Below the pieces are notes generated by a model, which made no database searches, had not been told where the DNA came from, and was given only the letters and a program-made list of their open reading frames with translations. Position numbers and translations under genes: made by a program. Positions 36,047-49,169 of a stretch of DNA of 64,000 nt are shown piece by piece (position 1 is the first letter of the stretch; every line of letters begins with the position of its first letter). The stretch covers positions 6,838 to 70,837 of the forward strand of contig JANLTJ010000232.1 in NCBI GenBank assembly GCA_031362885.1, in the 5' to 3' direction. The DNA is from Betaproteobacteria bacterium. Lineage in GTDB: Bacteria > Pseudomonadota > Gammaproteobacteria > Burkholderiales > JACQAP01.

Positions 36047-37536
36047 CCCTCGGTCTGGAAATCCCGCGCTCGGGACAAGCGCAATTCGACTTCAATTCTA
36101 TCGAGGCACTCGGCGTGCGCATCGCCGGTCTCGCGATCGATAGTCGCAAGATTAAATCCGGTGAGTTGTTCATGGCCTGTCCCGGCTTGAAAGGGGACGG
36201 GCGCGCCCACATTGCGCAGGCGATTGCCGCCGGGGCCAGCGCTGTACTCTGGGAAGCTCAGGGATTTCGCTGGGATCCGGCATGGCGTGTACCGAATCTG
36301 GGCGTGAGCGACCTGCGCGCGCATCTTGGATCAATCGCCAGCCAGTTCTTCGGAAATCCCTCGCACCACATGTGGCTTGCCGGGGTTACCGGCACCAATG
36401 GCAAGACATCGTGCTCGCACTGGATAGCGCAATCGCTTACTCGGCTGGGGCGCAAGACCGCTGTAATCGGCACGCTTGGCAGCGGCTTTCCAGGCGAACT
36501 CGAGGCGGCGCAAAACACCACGCCCGATGCACTCGCTCTGCAATCGCAGTTGGCCGCATTGCGCCTGCGTGGCGCCACCGGTTGCGCAATGGAGGTATCT
36601 TCGCACGGCATCGATCAGGGGCGCATCAATGGCAATGCGTTCGACGTGGCGCTGTTCACGAATCTGACCCGCGATCATCTCGACTATCACAAGACTATGG
36701 AGAGCTACGGCGCCGCCAAAGCGAAACTGTTTACCTGGCCTCAGTTGAAGCACGCGGTAGTCAATATCGATGACCGCTTCGGTGCCGCGCTCGCGCAATC
36801 CATCGATCGCTCAGGTATCAATGTGCTCGGTTACGGCTTCGGCAAAGGAGAAATTTCCGGCCACCGCCTGGATCTGTCCACACGCGGCCTGAAACTTGAA
36901 ATCAAGACGCCCTGGGGTGCAGCCCAACTTACCAGCGCGCTTATCGGTGGTTTTAACGCGGCGAATCTGCTCGGCACACTGGGGGTGCTGATAAGCGCCG
37001 AAGTGCCGCTTGAGGATGCAGTCGCCGCCCTGGCGCAATCCGAAGCCGTGGCGGGCCGACTGCAGATGATCCGCTTGCCCGGGGCGCCGCTGGTGGTGGT
37101 CGACTACGCGCATACGCCCGATGCCCTAGAAAAAGTTCTGCAAACATTGCGCGACCTGCTTTCCGGGGGAGCGAAATTGCATTGCGTGTTCGGCTGCGGC
37201 GGCGACCGCGATCCGGGCAAGCGGCCGCTGATGGGTGAAGTGGCCACGCGTCTGTCGGATCGCGTCATCATTACCAGCGACAATCCACGCACCGAGAATC
37301 CGCGAGCCATCGTGGACGACATTGTTGCCGGAGCGCACGCCAACTACGAAATCGAAACTGACCGCGCTGGCGCGATCAACAAGGCGCTGCGAACGGCCGC
37401 GCCCGACGACGTAGTGCTCATTGCCGGCAAGGGTCACGAAACCTGGCAGGAAATCGGCGCGCAAAAATTGCCGTTCGACGATGCGCAAATGGCGCGCGAC
37501 CTGCTGCGCCGGATTGGAAGCGGGCGCAATGCTTGA
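36043..37536 (+). CDS. murE: UDP-MurNAc-tripeptide synthetase
   Basis: GVTGTNGKT, MEVSSH, DYAHTPD, DNPR, AGKGHE. Confidence 0.96.
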   Translation: MTLGLEIPRSGQAQFDFNSIEALGVRIAGLAIDSRKIKSGELFMACPGLKGDGRAHIAQAIAAGASAVLWEAQGFRWDPAWRVPNLGVSDLRAHLGSIASQFFGNPSHHMWLAGVTGTNGKTSCSHWIAQSLTRLGRKTAVIGTLGSGFPGELEAAQNTTPDALALQSQLAALRLRGATGCAMEVSSHGIDQGRINGNAFDVALFTNLTRDHLDYHKTMESYGAAKAKLFTWPQLKHAVVNIDDRFGAALAQSIDRSGINVLGYGFGKGEISGHRLDLSTRGLKLEIKTPWGAAQLTSALIGGFNAANLLGTLGVLISAEVPLEDAVAALAQSEAVAGRLQMIRLPGAPLVVVDYAHTPDALEKVLQTLRDLLSGGAKLHCVFGCGGDRDPGKRPLMGEVATRLSDRVIITSDNPRTENPRAIVDDIVAGAHANYEIETDRAGAINKALRTAAPDDVVLIAGKGHETWQEIGAQKLPFDDAQMARDLLRRIGSGRNA

Positions 37537-38910
37537 TCTGGCTGCTGTCGCCCAGGCAATCGGGGCGCGTCATATCGGCGCCAATATTGCGTTTGACCGG
37601 GTCACGACCGATAGCCGCGAACTGCGCCACGGAGATTTGTTCATTGGAATTCGTGGGAAACGTTTTGACGGACAGACCTTCGCGGATCAGGCCCTGCAGG
37701 CTGGGGCGGCGGCTGTGATGGTGCAGGCGGGCGCGCGGATTGTCACCCCCAATGCCCCGGTACTGGAAGTGGACGACGCGCGGCTTGCGTTGGGCAGACT
37801 GGCGGCTTTCTGGCGTGGCCGTTTTGCGGTACCGCTGATCGCCGTTACCGGCAGCAACGGCAAGACGACGGTCAAGGAGATGCTCGCTTCAATATTTCGC
37901 CAGGTCGCCGGCGAGTCCGGAGTGCTCTCAACCATTGGAAATTTGAACAACGACATCGGTATGCCCCTGACGTTGCTGCGCCTGAACGCTGCACACCGGT
38001 TCGCGGTCATCGAGATGGGCATGAATCACCTGGGCGAAATTGCCTACCTGTCCCGCCTGGCAAGGCCCGACGTGGCGGTAATCAACAATGCCGGCACCGC
38101 GCATATCGGAGAGCTCGGTTCCGTCGCTGCCATTGCGCGGGCCAAAGGCGAAATATTCGAAGGCCTCGATGGGAACGGTACAGCTATCCTTAACAGCGAC
38201 GACGTCTTCGCTGACTACTGGCGCGGATTGGTGCGCGATCGGCGCATCATTGAGTTTGGCATCGACAACAAGGCCGCAGTATCGGCCCGGTATGAACTGG
38301 CGGCAGCCGCGAGCCTGATCACCTTCCGCACGCCACGCACGCAGTTTGTCGTCACCCTGGGCATACCGGGCGCGCACAACGTCAGGAACGCGCTGGCGGC
38401 GGTGGCCTGCGCTATTGCGCTGGATATTCCGGAACAGGCGATGGCTGCGGGTCTCGCCTCGTACATAGGCGTCAAGTCGCGTCTGCAATCCAGGCACCAC
38501 CGTGACGGTGCGCTGGTCATTGACGACACTTACAACGCCAATCCGGATTCGATGCAGGCCGCGATCGCGGTTCTTGCGGCCTATCCAGGGCGAAAGATTC
38601 TGGTCATGGGCGATATGGGCGAGCTGGGACACGACGCCAGGACCATGCATGCAAGCATCGGTGAATTCGCAAGACGAGCGGGCGTGAACGCATTGTTCGG
38701 ACTGGGCGAAATGAGCGTCGCCGCGGTGCAAAGCTTCGGTGCGGGGGCGCGCCATTTCTCCAGCGTCCCCGACATGACGCACGCCCTGTTGGAGCAACTG
38801 GATCAAACCTCCACGGTACTGGTCAAGGGCTCGCGCTTCATGCGCATGGAGCGCGTCGTCGAAGCGCTTGGTGTGACAAACGGAGAATCGACCATGAAAG
38901 GCAGTGCCTG

Positions 38911-38911
<1 letters not shown>
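37529..38911 (+). CDS. murF: UDP-MurNAc-pentapeptide synthetase
   Basis: [35 protein letters not shown]. Confidence 0.96.
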
Positions 38912-40002
<1,091 letters not shown>

Positions 40003-40263
40003 GCGCGAGATGATTCTGGAAATAAATATCGAAACCATGCACATCATGTATCGAGCAATCCATTCCGCGGACGAGGCGGATCGCAACGCCGGGCAATTTC
40101 ATGAATAGCCGCCTGCATTTCGAATTGTTTGTACGTGCTTTGCGCGCGCGCGCCGCGCAGACCGATCCGAAACAGATTTCCATTGCCGGCATGATTTTCA
40201 AACCGGATACGGATGTTGGTTCGATCCGATTGTCGCGAATGCAATCAGCCATGAAAGAGGCCG

Positions 40264-41646
40264 ATGCCGATCGAGATGAAGAATAGGCGGGCACTCGTGC
40301 TCGGTCTTGGCGCGACCGGCCTGTCGATGGCCCGCTGGCTCAGCGCGCGCGGTGCTTCGGTGCGGGTGGCGGACAGCCGGGACGCACCTCCCTATGCCGC
40401 CCAGCTGCAAAGGGAACTGCCCGCGGTTGAGTTGCACACCGGGGCGTTTCGCCCGGAGAGTTTCGCCGGCGTCAACCTCATCGCTATCAGTCCCGGCGTG
40501 GCGCGCACTGAAGCCCTGGTGCGAACCGCGATCGATCAAGGCATTGAGGTGGTCGGCGATATCGAGCTGTTCGCCAGAATCCGCGACGAGTTCCCCAGTG
40601 GCCGGGTCATTGCAATCACCGGATCGAATGGCAAGAGCACCGTAACGGAAATGGTCGGTGACATGGTTCGTGCTGCGAGAATGAGGACGCTTGTGGCCGG
40701 AAACATTGGAGTGCCGATACTCGACGCTATGGCGGACATCGCGGCCGGGATCAATCGCAGTCCCGATGTATTCGTCCTTGAACTGTCCAGCTTCCAGCTT
40801 GAATCGACCCGCAGTCTGAATCCCGAGGCGGCGACCGTTCTCAATGTGAGCGAGGACCACCTGGATCGTTATTCCGGCATGAATGAATACACCGATGCCA
40901 AGGCCGGCATTTTTCTCGGTGATGGCATCCAGGTCGTGAACCGTGACGATGACCGTGTGCGCGGCATGATTGGCCAGGGACGCAAGGTATTTAGCTTCGG
41001 ATCAAATGAGCCCTGGAAGGATGGCGAATGGGGATTGCGACACAGCGAAGGCCATCTCTGGCTCGCCGAGGGACGTGCGAACCTGATGGCGGTTTCCGAG
41101 CTGAAAGTCGCCGGACTGCATAACGCCATGAATGCGCTGGCGGCGCTGGCATTGTGCCGCGCCTTGCGGCTGCCATACGAGCCCCTGCTCGAGGCGCTCT
41201 TCAACTTCGACGGTTTGCCGCATCGCGTGCAGAAGATCACCGAAGTGTGCGGAGTCACCTTTTACGACGATTCCAAAGGCACCAATGTCGGTGCGACGGT
41301 GGCGGCGCTGATGGGACTGAGCGAGAGCATAGTTCTGATCGCAGGCGGCGAGGGCAAGGGACAGGATTTTTCACCTTTGTGCGATGCCGTTGCCAAGAAA
41401 GCGAAGGGCGTGGTCGTAATCGGCAGGGACGCCGCCAGTATCGCACAGGCTATCGCGCCATCGGGCGTCAAGACCGTACACGCCGCCGACATGCATGACG
41501 CGGTGCGCGCCGCGTTTGCGCTGGCATCTCCCGGTGACGCCGTGATGTTGTCGCCGGCCTGTGCCAGCTTCGACATGTTCCGCAACTACGAGCATCGCGC
41601 GGAAGTCTTTGTCGAACAGGTGCAATTGCTGGAGGCTGACCAGTGA
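40264..41646 (+). CDS. murD: UDP-MurNAc-L-Ala:D-Glu ligase
   Basis: [39 protein letters not shown]. Confidence 0.96.
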   Translation: MPIEMKNRRALVLGLGATGLSMARWLSARGASVRVADSRDAPPYAAQLQRELPAVELHTGAFRPESFAGVNLIAISPGVARTEALVRTAIDQGIEVVGDIELFARIRDEFPSGRVIAITGSNGKSTVTEMVGDMVRAARMRTLVAGNIGVPILDAMADIAAGINRSPDVFVLELSSFQLESTRSLNPEAATVLNVSEDHLDRYSGMNEYTDAKAGIFLGDGIQVVNRDDDRVRGMIGQGRKVFSFGSNEPWKDGEWGLRHSEGHLWLAEGRANLMAVSELKVAGLHNAMNALAALALCRALRLPYEPLLEALFNFDGLPHRVQKITEVCGVTFYDDSKGTNVGATVAALMGLSESIVLIAGGEGKGQDFSPLCDAVAKKAKGVVVIGRDAASIAQAIAPSGVKTVHAADMHDAVRAAFALASPGDAVMLSPACASFDMFRNYEHRAEVFVEQVQLLEADQ

Positions 41647-42815
41647 GCGCTGTTCTGGGAATCGGTACCACGGGCCGGCCGCAGCCCATGGTCGGGTTTG
41701 ATTACGCACTCGTAGGCGCCGCGATTTTGCTTCTCGCCCTCGGGCTGGTGATGGTCTATTCGTCGTCGATCGCGATCGCCGAAGGCGCGCGTTTTTCCGC
41801 AAACCAGCCCACCTACTACCTGGTTCGACACGGCGTTTTCCTCGTCATCGGCTTGACCGCCGGTTTCATTTGTTTCCAGTTTCCACTGCGTGTCTGGGAG
41901 CAGGCTGCGCCTTACCTGTTTTGCCTCGGAATGGTGCTTTTGATCCTGGTGCTGATCCCGGGGATCGGGAGGGAAGTGAACGGGAGTCGCCGCTGGCTGT
42001 CGTTTGGCCTGATCAATCTGCAACCATCGGAACTCATGAAGTTGTTCGCGGTGCTCTACGCGGCCGATTACACGGTTCGCAAGGCGGCCCTGATGCACAG
42101 CTTTCGCAAGGGCTTCCTGCCGATGCTGATCGTGATGCTGATCACGGCGGGACTGTTGCTGCGTGAACCGGATTTCGGCGCATTCGCGGTAATCGCGGTT
42201 GTTGCAATGGCCATTCTGTTCCTCGGCGGAATGAACTGGAAGTTGTTCGCTACGCTGATTGTCCTGCTCCTGGCTGGATTCGTCGTCCTCATATGGACCT
42301 CTCCGTATCGGCTGCAGCGCGTTATCGGTTTCATGGATCCCTGGTCAGATCCATTTGGCAAGGGTTACCAGTTGTCACACGCGTTGATCGCCTTCGGGCG
42401 CGGTGAGTGGTTCGGTGTCGGTCTCGGTGCGAGTGTCGAGAAACTCTTCTATTTGCCCGAAGCGCATACCGATTTCCTGCTCGCCGTCATCGCCGAGGAA
42501 CTGGGCTTTGTAGGGGTGATCTGCGTTATCGCGCTTTTCTCCTGGTTGATCTGGCGCGCGTTCTCCATCGGCAATCAGGCCGCCCGCCTTGAGCGCTGCT
42601 TCTCCGCACTTGTGGCTCAGGGAATCGCGCTGTGGTTCGCGGTTCAGGCATTCATCAACATGGGCGTGAACATGGGCGTACTGCCAACCAAGGGTTTGAC
42701 GCTACCGCTGCTTTCATTCGGTGGCAGCAGCCTGGTTGCCAACTGTTGTGCGCTGGCTATTTTGCTGCGAGTCGACTACGAGAACCGGCAGATGATGAAG
42801 GGTTACTCGCTGTGA
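41643..42815 (+). CDS. ftsW: Peptidoglycan polymerase FtsW
   Basis: [31 protein letters not shown]. Confidence 0.96.
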   Translation: MSAVLGIGTTGRPQPMVGFDYALVGAAILLLALGLVMVYSSSIAIAEGARFSANQPTYYLVRHGVFLVIGLTAGFICFQFPLRVWEQAAPYLFCLGMVLLILVLIPGIGREVNGSRRWLSFGLINLQPSELMKLFAVLYAADYTVRKAALMHSFRKGFLPMLIVMLITAGLLLREPDFGAFAVIAVVAMAILFLGGMNWKLFATLIVLLLAGFVVLIWTSPYRLQRVIGFMDPWSDPFGKGYQLSHALIAFGRGEWFGVGLGASVEKLFYLPEAHTDFLLAVIAEELGFVGVICVIALFSWLIWRAFSIGNQAARLERCFSALVAQGIALWFAVQAFINMGVNMGVLPTKGLTLPLLSFGGSSLVANCCALAILLRVDYENRQMMKGYSL

Positions 42816-43873
42816 GCCGTAGCATTCTCATCATGGCTGGGGGCACCGGCGGTCATATCTTTCCGGCGCTCGCGGTGGCCGATCAGCTGCGGGAACGCGG
42901 GTGGAAGATCGTGTGGCTGGGCTCGAAGACGGGCATGGAAAGCACGCTGGTTCCGCAGCACGGATACGAAATCGAATGGCTGCGCATTTCCGGACTGCGC
43001 GGCAAGGGTGTGGTGCGCGCGCTGCTGCTTCCGCTGAATCTCCTGATCGCATTCTGGCAGGCCGCGCGCGTAATTTTTCGCCGACGTCCGGACGTCGTGC
43101 TGGGCATGGGCGGCTACGTTTCCTTTCCCGGCGGCATGATGGCCGCGTTTCTGGCGCGGCCGCTGGTGTTGCATGAACAAAATGCCGTATCAGGCCTCGC
43201 CAACAAGGTGCTGAGCATAGTCGCGGACCGTATTCTGGTGGCGTTCCCGAACGCCTTGAAGAATGCGCAATGGACGGGCAATCCGGTCCGCCGCGAGATC
43301 GCGCAATTGCCGGCGCCGGACGAGCGCTTTCGTCATCGCGACGGCGGTCTGAAGGTGCTGGTCATTGGCGGCAGTCTCGGCGCGCAGGTCCTGAATGAAA
43401 CCGTACCGCGTGCGCTGGCATTGATTGCCCAGGCGCAGCGTCCGGAAGTCACGCATCAGGCCGGTGAAAAGCACCTGGCTGCGCTGGAGGCTGCCTACCG
43501 GGCCGCGGGCGTGAGCGCGATCACGCAGGCGTTCATTGTTGACATGGCGCAGGCCTACGCTGCGGCGGATGTGGTCATCTGCCGCGCCGGCGCGCTGACG
43601 GTCTCGGAACTTGCCGCCGCAGGCGTTGCCAGCGTACTCGTGCCTTTGCCATCGGCGGTCGATGATCACCAAAGCGTCAACGCCCGTTATCTTGCCGAAC
43701 AGTCGGCCGCGATATTGTTGCCGCAGGCTGAGCTCACGCCGGGAAGACTCGCCGATTTGCTGCTCGGTTTCACCCGCGACAAGTTGCTCGAAATGGCCAG
43801 GCGCGCACGTGCCCTGGGCAAACCCGACGCCGCGCGCCTGGTCGCGGAACATTGCGTGGCACTCGCGGCATGA
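42812..43873 (+). CDS. murG: Lipid II GlcNAc transferase
   Basis: [35 protein letters not shown] overlap with ftsW. Confidence 0.96.
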   Translation: MSRSILIMAGGTGGHIFPALAVADQLRERGWKIVWLGSKTGMESTLVPQHGYEIEWLRISGLRGKGVVRALLLPLNLLIAFWQAARVIFRRRPDVVLGMGGYVSFPGGMMAAFLARPLVLHEQNAVSGLANKVLSIVADRILVAFPNALKNAQWTGNPVRREIAQLPAPDERFRHRDGGLKVLVIGGSLGAQVLNETVPRALALIAQAQRPEVTHQAGEKHLAALEAAYRAAGVSAITQAFIVDMAQAYAAADVVICRAGALTVSELAAAGVASVLVPLPSAVDDHQSVNARYLAEQSAAILLPQAELTPGRLADLLLGFTRDKLLEMARRARALGKPDAARLVAEHCVALAA

Positions 43874-45267
43874 AGCACAAGGTCAAACACGTTCACTTTA
43901 TCGGCATCGGCGGCGCCGGCATGAGCGGCATCGCGGAAGTGATGCTCAATCTGGGATTTGGCGTCAGTGGTTCCGACATTGCGGAAAGCGTCGCTACCGC
44001 ACGCTTGAAGAGCCTGGGCGTGCGCGTGCAGATCGGCCACGAACCAGGCAATGTCAGTGGCGCCAATGCCGTGGTCACATCCACCGCGGTGAGGCCGGAC
44101 AATCCCGAGGTCGCCGCCGCCCGAGCGCAGCGTATTCCGGTCGTGCCCAGGGCGATGATGCTCGCGGAACTGATGCGCCTCAAGCAGGGAATCGCCATCG
44201 CGGGTACGCACGGCAAGACCACCACCACCAGTCTGGTGGCGAGCGTGCTGGCGGCAGCGGATATGGATCCGACCTTTGTCATTGGCGGCCGGCTCGAAGC
44301 CGCCGGTGCCAACGCGAAACTGGGCACCGGGGAATTCATTGTCGTGGAAGCGGATGAATCCGACGCTTCCTTCCTTTACCTGCAACCCGTGCTCGCGGTC
44401 GTCACGAATATCGACGCCGATCACATGGAAACCTACGGGCACGACTTCGGCCGCCTGCGTCACGCGTTTCTCGAGTTCATCGAGCATTTACCCTTTTACG
44501 GCATGGCGGTGCTGTGCTTGGACGATGTCAACGTGAGAAGCCTGCTGCCGCTCGTCACCAAGCAGGTGACGACTTATGGTCTGGCGGAGGGCGCGAACAT
44601 TCGTGCCGTGGACGTTGCGGCGGACGGCGGAAAAATGCGCTTCCGTGTCGTGCGCCGCAACGGGAACCCGAAACCGCTGGGAGATTTGAACATCATTCTG
44701 AATCTTCCTGGCGTGCACAACGTGCAAAACGCACTGGCCGCCATCGCGGTGGGCATGGAAATCGGCGTACCCGACGCAGCCATCGTCAAGGCGCTCGCGG
44801 ATTTCCGTGGCGTCGGGCGGCGCTTTCAGCGCTTCGGCGAAGTGGCGCTGGCGCAAGGTGCTTTCACGCTGGTCGATGATTACGGCCATCACCCTGCGGA
44901 AATGGCGGCGACACTGGCCGCAGCGCGTGGCGCATTCCCAAATCGGCGTCTGGTGCTGGCATTTCAACCTCATCGCTACACGCGCACGCGCGACTGTTTC
45001 GAGGATTTCGTCAAGGTATTGTCCTCGGTGGACGTGTTGTTGCTTGCCGATGTCTATCCGGCCGGCGAAGCGCCCATCGTCGCGGCCGACGGTCGTGCGC
45101 TGGCGCGAGCGGTGCGCGTGGTTGGCAAGGTCGAACCCGTGTTCGTGGAGCAGATCGCAGATTTGTCCGCCGCGATCATGGCGACCGCGAAGAGCGGTGA
45201 TGTGGTCATCACCATGGGTGCCGGCTCCATTGGTTCGGTGCCCGGTAAATTAGCCAGAAAACATTGA
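43870..45267 (+). CDS. murC: UDP-MurNAc:L-Ala ligase
   Basis: [37 protein letters not shown]. Confidence 0.97.
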   Translation: MKHKVKHVHFIGIGGAGMSGIAEVMLNLGFGVSGSDIAESVATARLKSLGVRVQIGHEPGNVSGANAVVTSTAVRPDNPEVAAARAQRIPVVPRAMMLAELMRLKQGIAIAGTHGKTTTTSLVASVLAAADMDPTFVIGGRLEAAGANAKLGTGEFIVVEADESDASFLYLQPVLAVVTNIDADHMETYGHDFGRLRHAFLEFIEHLPFYGMAVLCLDDVNVRSLLPLVTKQVTTYGLAEGANIRAVDVAADGGKMRFRVVRRNGNPKPLGDLNIILNLPGVHNVQNALAAIAVGMEIGVPDAAIVKALADFRGVGRRFQRFGEVALAQGAFTLVDDYGHHPAEMAATLAAARGAFPNRRLVLAFQPHRYTRTRDCFEDFVKVLSSVDVLLLADVYPAGEAPIVAADGRALARAVRVVGKVEPVFVEQIADLSAAIMATAKSGDVVITMGAGSIGSVPGKLARKH

Positions 45268-45277
45268 GCCCAGACAC

Positions 45278-46201
45278 ATGGATATGGCGGAACTGACAGA
45301 GATCGAGACCAGCGGATTGCGCGGCGAACTCAAACGCAACGAGCCAATGCGCAAGCATGTGAGTTGGCGTTCCGGTGGTGCCGCCGATCGCACATACACG
45401 CCGGCAGATCTGGATGATCTGGGTGCGTTTGTCGGCCGTCTGCCGCAAAACGAACCGCTGTTGCTGGTTGGTCTCGGCAGCAACCTGCTGGTACGCGACG
45501 GCGGTTATCGCGGCACCGTCGTGTTTACCCATCGCGTACTGGCGCGACTGTTGATGGACGACAGCGACAGTCGTGGTGAAATTTACACCGACGCCGGAGT
45601 GGCCTGCCCGAAAGTCGCACGTTTTGCCGCGATCCACAATCTGCAAGGCGCGGAGTTTCTTGCCGGCATTCCCGGCACCATGGGCGGCGCGCTCGCCATG
45701 AATGCCGGCTGCTACGGCACTGAGACCTGGGATGACGTAACGCGCGTGCGCACCATGGATCGCGCCGGCCGGGTGCATATACGCCAATGCCATGAGTATC
45801 GAGTTGGCTATCGGAGTGTCGCCGCGCTTGAGGCTCGCGATGAGTTTTTTGTCGGCGCTTGGCTGCAATTCGCCCATGGCGACGGCGAAGCCGCACGCGA
45901 AAAAATAAAGACCTTGTTGTTGAAGCGCATCGCAACCCAGCCGCTTTCCGAGCACAACGCCGGCTCGGTATTCCGCAATCCGCCGGGAGACCATGCCGCG
46001 CGTCTGATCCAGGCGAGCGGACTGAAGGGACGGCATATCGGTGACGCGGAGGTTTCGAACCTGCACGCCAACTTCATTATCAACAAGGGCGAGGCCGCGG
46101 CGCGCGATATCGAAGCACTGATCACGCTGGTGCAGGCCACCGTCGAACGCGATGCCGGAATTGTCCTGGAACGCGAAGTGCGGATCGTGGGTGAGGTATG
46201 A
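45278..46201 (+). CDS. murB: UDP-N-acetylenolpyruvoylglucosamine reductase
   Basis: GLGSNLL, GIPGTMGG, MNAG, AGSVFRNP, HANFIIN. Confidence 0.95.
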   Translation: MDMAELTEIETSGLRGELKRNEPMRKHVSWRSGGAADRTYTPADLDDLGAFVGRLPQNEPLLLVGLGSNLLVRDGGYRGTVVFTHRVLARLLMDDSDSRGEIYTDAGVACPKVARFAAIHNLQGAEFLAGIPGTMGGALAMNAGCYGTETWDDVTRVRTMDRAGRVHIRQCHEYRVGYRSVAALEARDEFFVGAWLQFAHGDGEAAREKIKTLLLKRIATQPLSEHNAGSVFRNPPGDHAARLIQASGLKGRHIGDAEVSNLHANFIINKGEAAARDIEALITLVQATVERDAGIVLEREVRIVGEV

Positions 46202-46214
46202 CGGAAGGGCACTC

Positions 46215-47132
46215 ATGAGTGGCCAGCGCTTCGGCAAAGTTGCGGTGCTTATGGGCGGGCGTTCCGGCGAACGAGAAATTTCGTTGCTGTCGGGCAACGC
46301 CGTGCTCGGGGCATTGCGCGAGCAGGGCGTTGATGCGCATGCGTTCGACCCGCAACAGCGCGACTTGTCGGAACTCAAGCTCCAGCATTTCGATCGCGCA
46401 TTCATTACGCTGCATGGGCGCTATGGCGAGGACGGCACCATGCAGGGCGCGCTCGAATTGCTCGGCATTCCCTATACCGGTAGTGGCGTCATGGCGAGTG
46501 CCCTGGCGATGGACAAATGGCGCACAAAACTGATCTGGCGCGCGGTCGGATTTCCGGTGGCAAAAGATGTGGTGTTGAATGACGCGTCGGACTGGCAGGC
46601 GGTTGCGCGAACGCTTGGATTGCCGCTTATCGTCAAGCCCGTTCGCGAGGGCTCTTCGCTCGGTCTGACCAAAGTTCACACAGTGGCGAAATTGCCTGAA
46701 GCCTATGCGCTTGCGGCACGGTTTGACCGCATGGTTCTCGCGGAAGAGTTCGTGGATGGACGTGAACTGACCGCGTCCATTCTCGACACTACAGCTTTGC
46801 CTCTGATCCGGATTGAGGCGCCGCAAGGCAACTACGACTATCAGAACAAATACTTCAACGACGATACGAAATACCACTGTCCCGCCGGCATCCCCGCTGA
46901 TCTGGAGCTAACCATCCGCAACGCTGCGCTGAAAGCGTTCCAGGTGCTCGGCTGCGAAGGCTGGGGCAGGGCGGATCTGATCCTGCGCGCGGACAACAGT
47001 TTTGCATTTCTGGAGATGAACACTTCACCGGGGATGACCAGCCATAGCCTGGTGCCGATGGCGGCGAAACAGGCGGCCATGAGTTTCCCGCAACTGGTTA
47101 TACGCATTCTGGAGGGCGCCCATGTGGAATGA
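46215..47132 (+). CDS. ddl: D-alanine-D-alanine ligase
   Basis: GGRSGEREISL, LHGRYGEDG, EGSSLG, EMNTSPGMT. Confidence 0.96.
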   Translation: MSGQRFGKVAVLMGGRSGEREISLLSGNAVLGALREQGVDAHAFDPQQRDLSELKLQHFDRAFITLHGRYGEDGTMQGALELLGIPYTGSGVMASALAMDKWRTKLIWRAVGFPVAKDVVLNDASDWQAVARTLGLPLIVKPVREGSSLGLTKVHTVAKLPEAYALAARFDRMVLAEEFVDGRELTASILDTTALPLIRIEAPQGNYDYQNKYFNDDTKYHCPAGIPADLELTIRNAALKAFQVLGCEGWGRADLILRADNSFAFLEMNTSPGMTSHSLVPMAAKQAAMSFPQLVIRILEGAHVE

Positions 47133-47841
47133 CGAGGCGGCATTGCGCCTGAGCGCGAATCTGCTGTTCGCGATGGCCGCAGCGCTGATGCTCTACGGCG
47201 CGGCTCACTACATCGTGCATCTGCCGGCATTTCCGCTGCGAGCGATCGAACTCACCGGCGATGTGGTGCACGTGACGCATGAACAAGTTGAAGCCGTCGT
47301 GGAGAAAGAATTACGAGGCAATTTTTTTACCGTGGATCTAGAACGGGTACGCGCGGCTTTCGAAACCCTGCCCTGGGTCCGCGTGGCCAATGTTCGCCGG
47401 CAGTGGCCCGACCGTCTGCAAGTCGCTGTGGAGGAGCACAAGCCTTATGCACGCTGGGCTTCCACTGCGCTGGTCAGCGCGAAAGGCGAGGTGTTTGAAG
47501 TAGCAGTCAACACCAGCCTGCCGGTGCTGCATGGACCGGACGGTTCCGCGCCGGAAATGGTTTCCCGGTTCCAGGAATTTGGCCGTCTGCTTGAACCGAC
47601 CGGCAGGCGCATCGTCCAGGTAGCTCTGTCGAACCGGCGTGCCTGGGTACTCAAACTCGACAATGGCGCGGTGCTCGAACTCGGGCGCGACGACCTTGAG
47701 ACCAGGCTGACCCGTTTTGTCGCAGCGTATGACCGCACCGTCTTGCAACTGCCGAATCCATCAACTCACATTGATCTGCGCTACACGAACGGGTTCGCCG
47801 TTCGCAGTGCTGGATTGAAGTGGGACAAAAACAAGACCTGA
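47122..47841 (+). CDS. ftsQ: Cell division protein FtsQ
   Basis: TM, POTRA (LPWV, RRQWPD), DLRYTNG. Confidence 0.93.
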   Translation: MWNDEAALRLSANLLFAMAAALMLYGAAHYIVHLPAFPLRAIELTGDVVHVTHEQVEAVVEKELRGNFFTVDLERVRAAFETLPWVRVANVRRQWPDRLQVAVEEHKPYARWASTALVSAKGEVFEVAVNTSLPVLHGPDGSAPEMVSRFQEFGRLLEPTGRRIVQVALSNRRAWVLKLDNGAVLELGRDDLETRLTRFVAAYDRTVLQLPNPSTHIDLRYTNGFAVRSAGLKWDKNKT

Positions 47842-47861
47842 TTGCCCACGATACAAAGCCC

Positions 47862-49106
47862 ATGGCCCTGAGTGTAAGAAAAGAAAACAAGAATCTGATC
47901 ATTGGTCTCGACATCGGCACGTCGAAGATCGCGGCCATTGTCGCCGAGATGAAACCCGAAGGTGGCTTCGAAGTGATTGGCATGGGCAGCTCACCCTCGC
48001 GCGGACTGAAGAAGGGCGTGGTCGTCAACATCGAATCGACCGTCAATGCCATTCAGCGGGCGCTCGAAGAAGCGGAGTTAATGGCCGATTGCAAAATCCG
48101 AGATGTGTGGACCGGCATCGCTGGCAGCCATATCCGCAGCTTCAACTCTCACGGCATGGTGGCGATCAAAGATCGCGAGGTGGCGCAAAGCGATGTGGAT
48201 CGCGTCGTGGAAACAGCAAAGGCGATCCCGATCCCAACCGACCAGCAGATTCTCCATGTGCTTAACCAGGAATTCGTGATTGATGGCCAGGAAGACGTGC
48301 GTGAACCACTCGGAATGAGCGGCGTTCGTCTTGAAGTGAAGGTGCACATTGTCACCGGCGCCGTGTCCGCCGCCCAGAACATCATGAAGTGCGTTCGACG
48401 CTGCGGACTGGAAGTCAACGATCTCATCTTGCAGCCTCTGGCGTCCGCCATGGCCGTACTCTCCGAGGACGAACGCGATCTGGGCGTATGCCTGGTCGAC
48501 ATTGGTGGCGGGACCTCTGATATCGCGATATTTACTCAGGGGGCGATCCGGCATACGGCCGTGATTCCGATTGCCGGAGATCAGATTACCAACGACATTG
48601 CGATGGCACTGCGCACTCCGACCAAGGAGGCAGAGGAAATAAAACGCCGTTACGGCTGCGCATTGCGCGCGCTGGCCGACCCTCAGGAAATGGTCGAGGT
48701 GCCGGGAGTGGGGGAGCGAAGCTCCAAAAAAATGTCGCGCCAGACCTTGGCAGAAGTGATCGAGCCGCGCGTGGAAGAACTCTATTCACTGGTCCAGGCC
48801 GAACTGCGTCGCAGCGGGTTCGAGGAACTGCTGTCTTCGGGCATCGTCATTACCGGAGGCAGCGCGGCAATGCAGGGAATGGTCGAACTGGGAGAGGAAG
48901 TGTTCCATATGCCGGTTCGTCTGGGCCTGCCAAGTTACGAGGGCGGATTGTCCGAGGTCATGCGCAACCCGCGATATTCAACCGGTGTGGGGTTGCTGAT
49001 GGCGGGGCTCAGCCAGCATCACAGACATCAGATCGAAAAAATGCAGAGCGGCTCGTTCAAGCAGATCGTCGGCCGCATGAAGAAATGGTTCGAGACGAAT
49101 TTTTAG
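47862..49106 (+). CDS. ftsA: Cell division protein FtsA
   Basis: GLDIGTSK, VDIGGGT, C-terminal amphipathic KKWFETNF. Confidence 0.96.
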   Translation: MALSVRKENKNLIIGLDIGTSKIAAIVAEMKPEGGFEVIGMGSSPSRGLKKGVVVNIESTVNAIQRALEEAELMADCKIRDVWTGIAGSHIRSFNSHGMVAIKDREVAQSDVDRVVETAKAIPIPTDQQILHVLNQEFVIDGQEDVREPLGMSGVRLEVKVHIVTGAVSAAQNIMKCVRRCGLEVNDLILQPLASAMAVLSEDERDLGVCLVDIGGGTSDIAIFTQGAIRHTAVIPIAGDQITNDIAMALRTPTKEAEEIKRRYGCALRALADPQEMVEVPGVGERSSKKMSRQTLAEVIEPRVEELYSLVQAELRRSGFEELLSSGIVITGGSAAMQGMVELGEEVFHMPVRLGLPSYEGGLSEVMRNPRYSTGVGLLMAGLSQHHRHQIEKMQSGSFKQIVGRMKKWFETNF

Positions 49107-49169
49107 GTCGCGGAGTTCAGGCAAGTTCAGTGTTTAACGGTTCATAACATTCTTTACAGGAGGCAGCTC

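Noticed and set aside
45278..46201. murB inside the dcw cluster
   Set aside because: Differs from E. coli, but murC-murB-ddl order is common in many bacteria.
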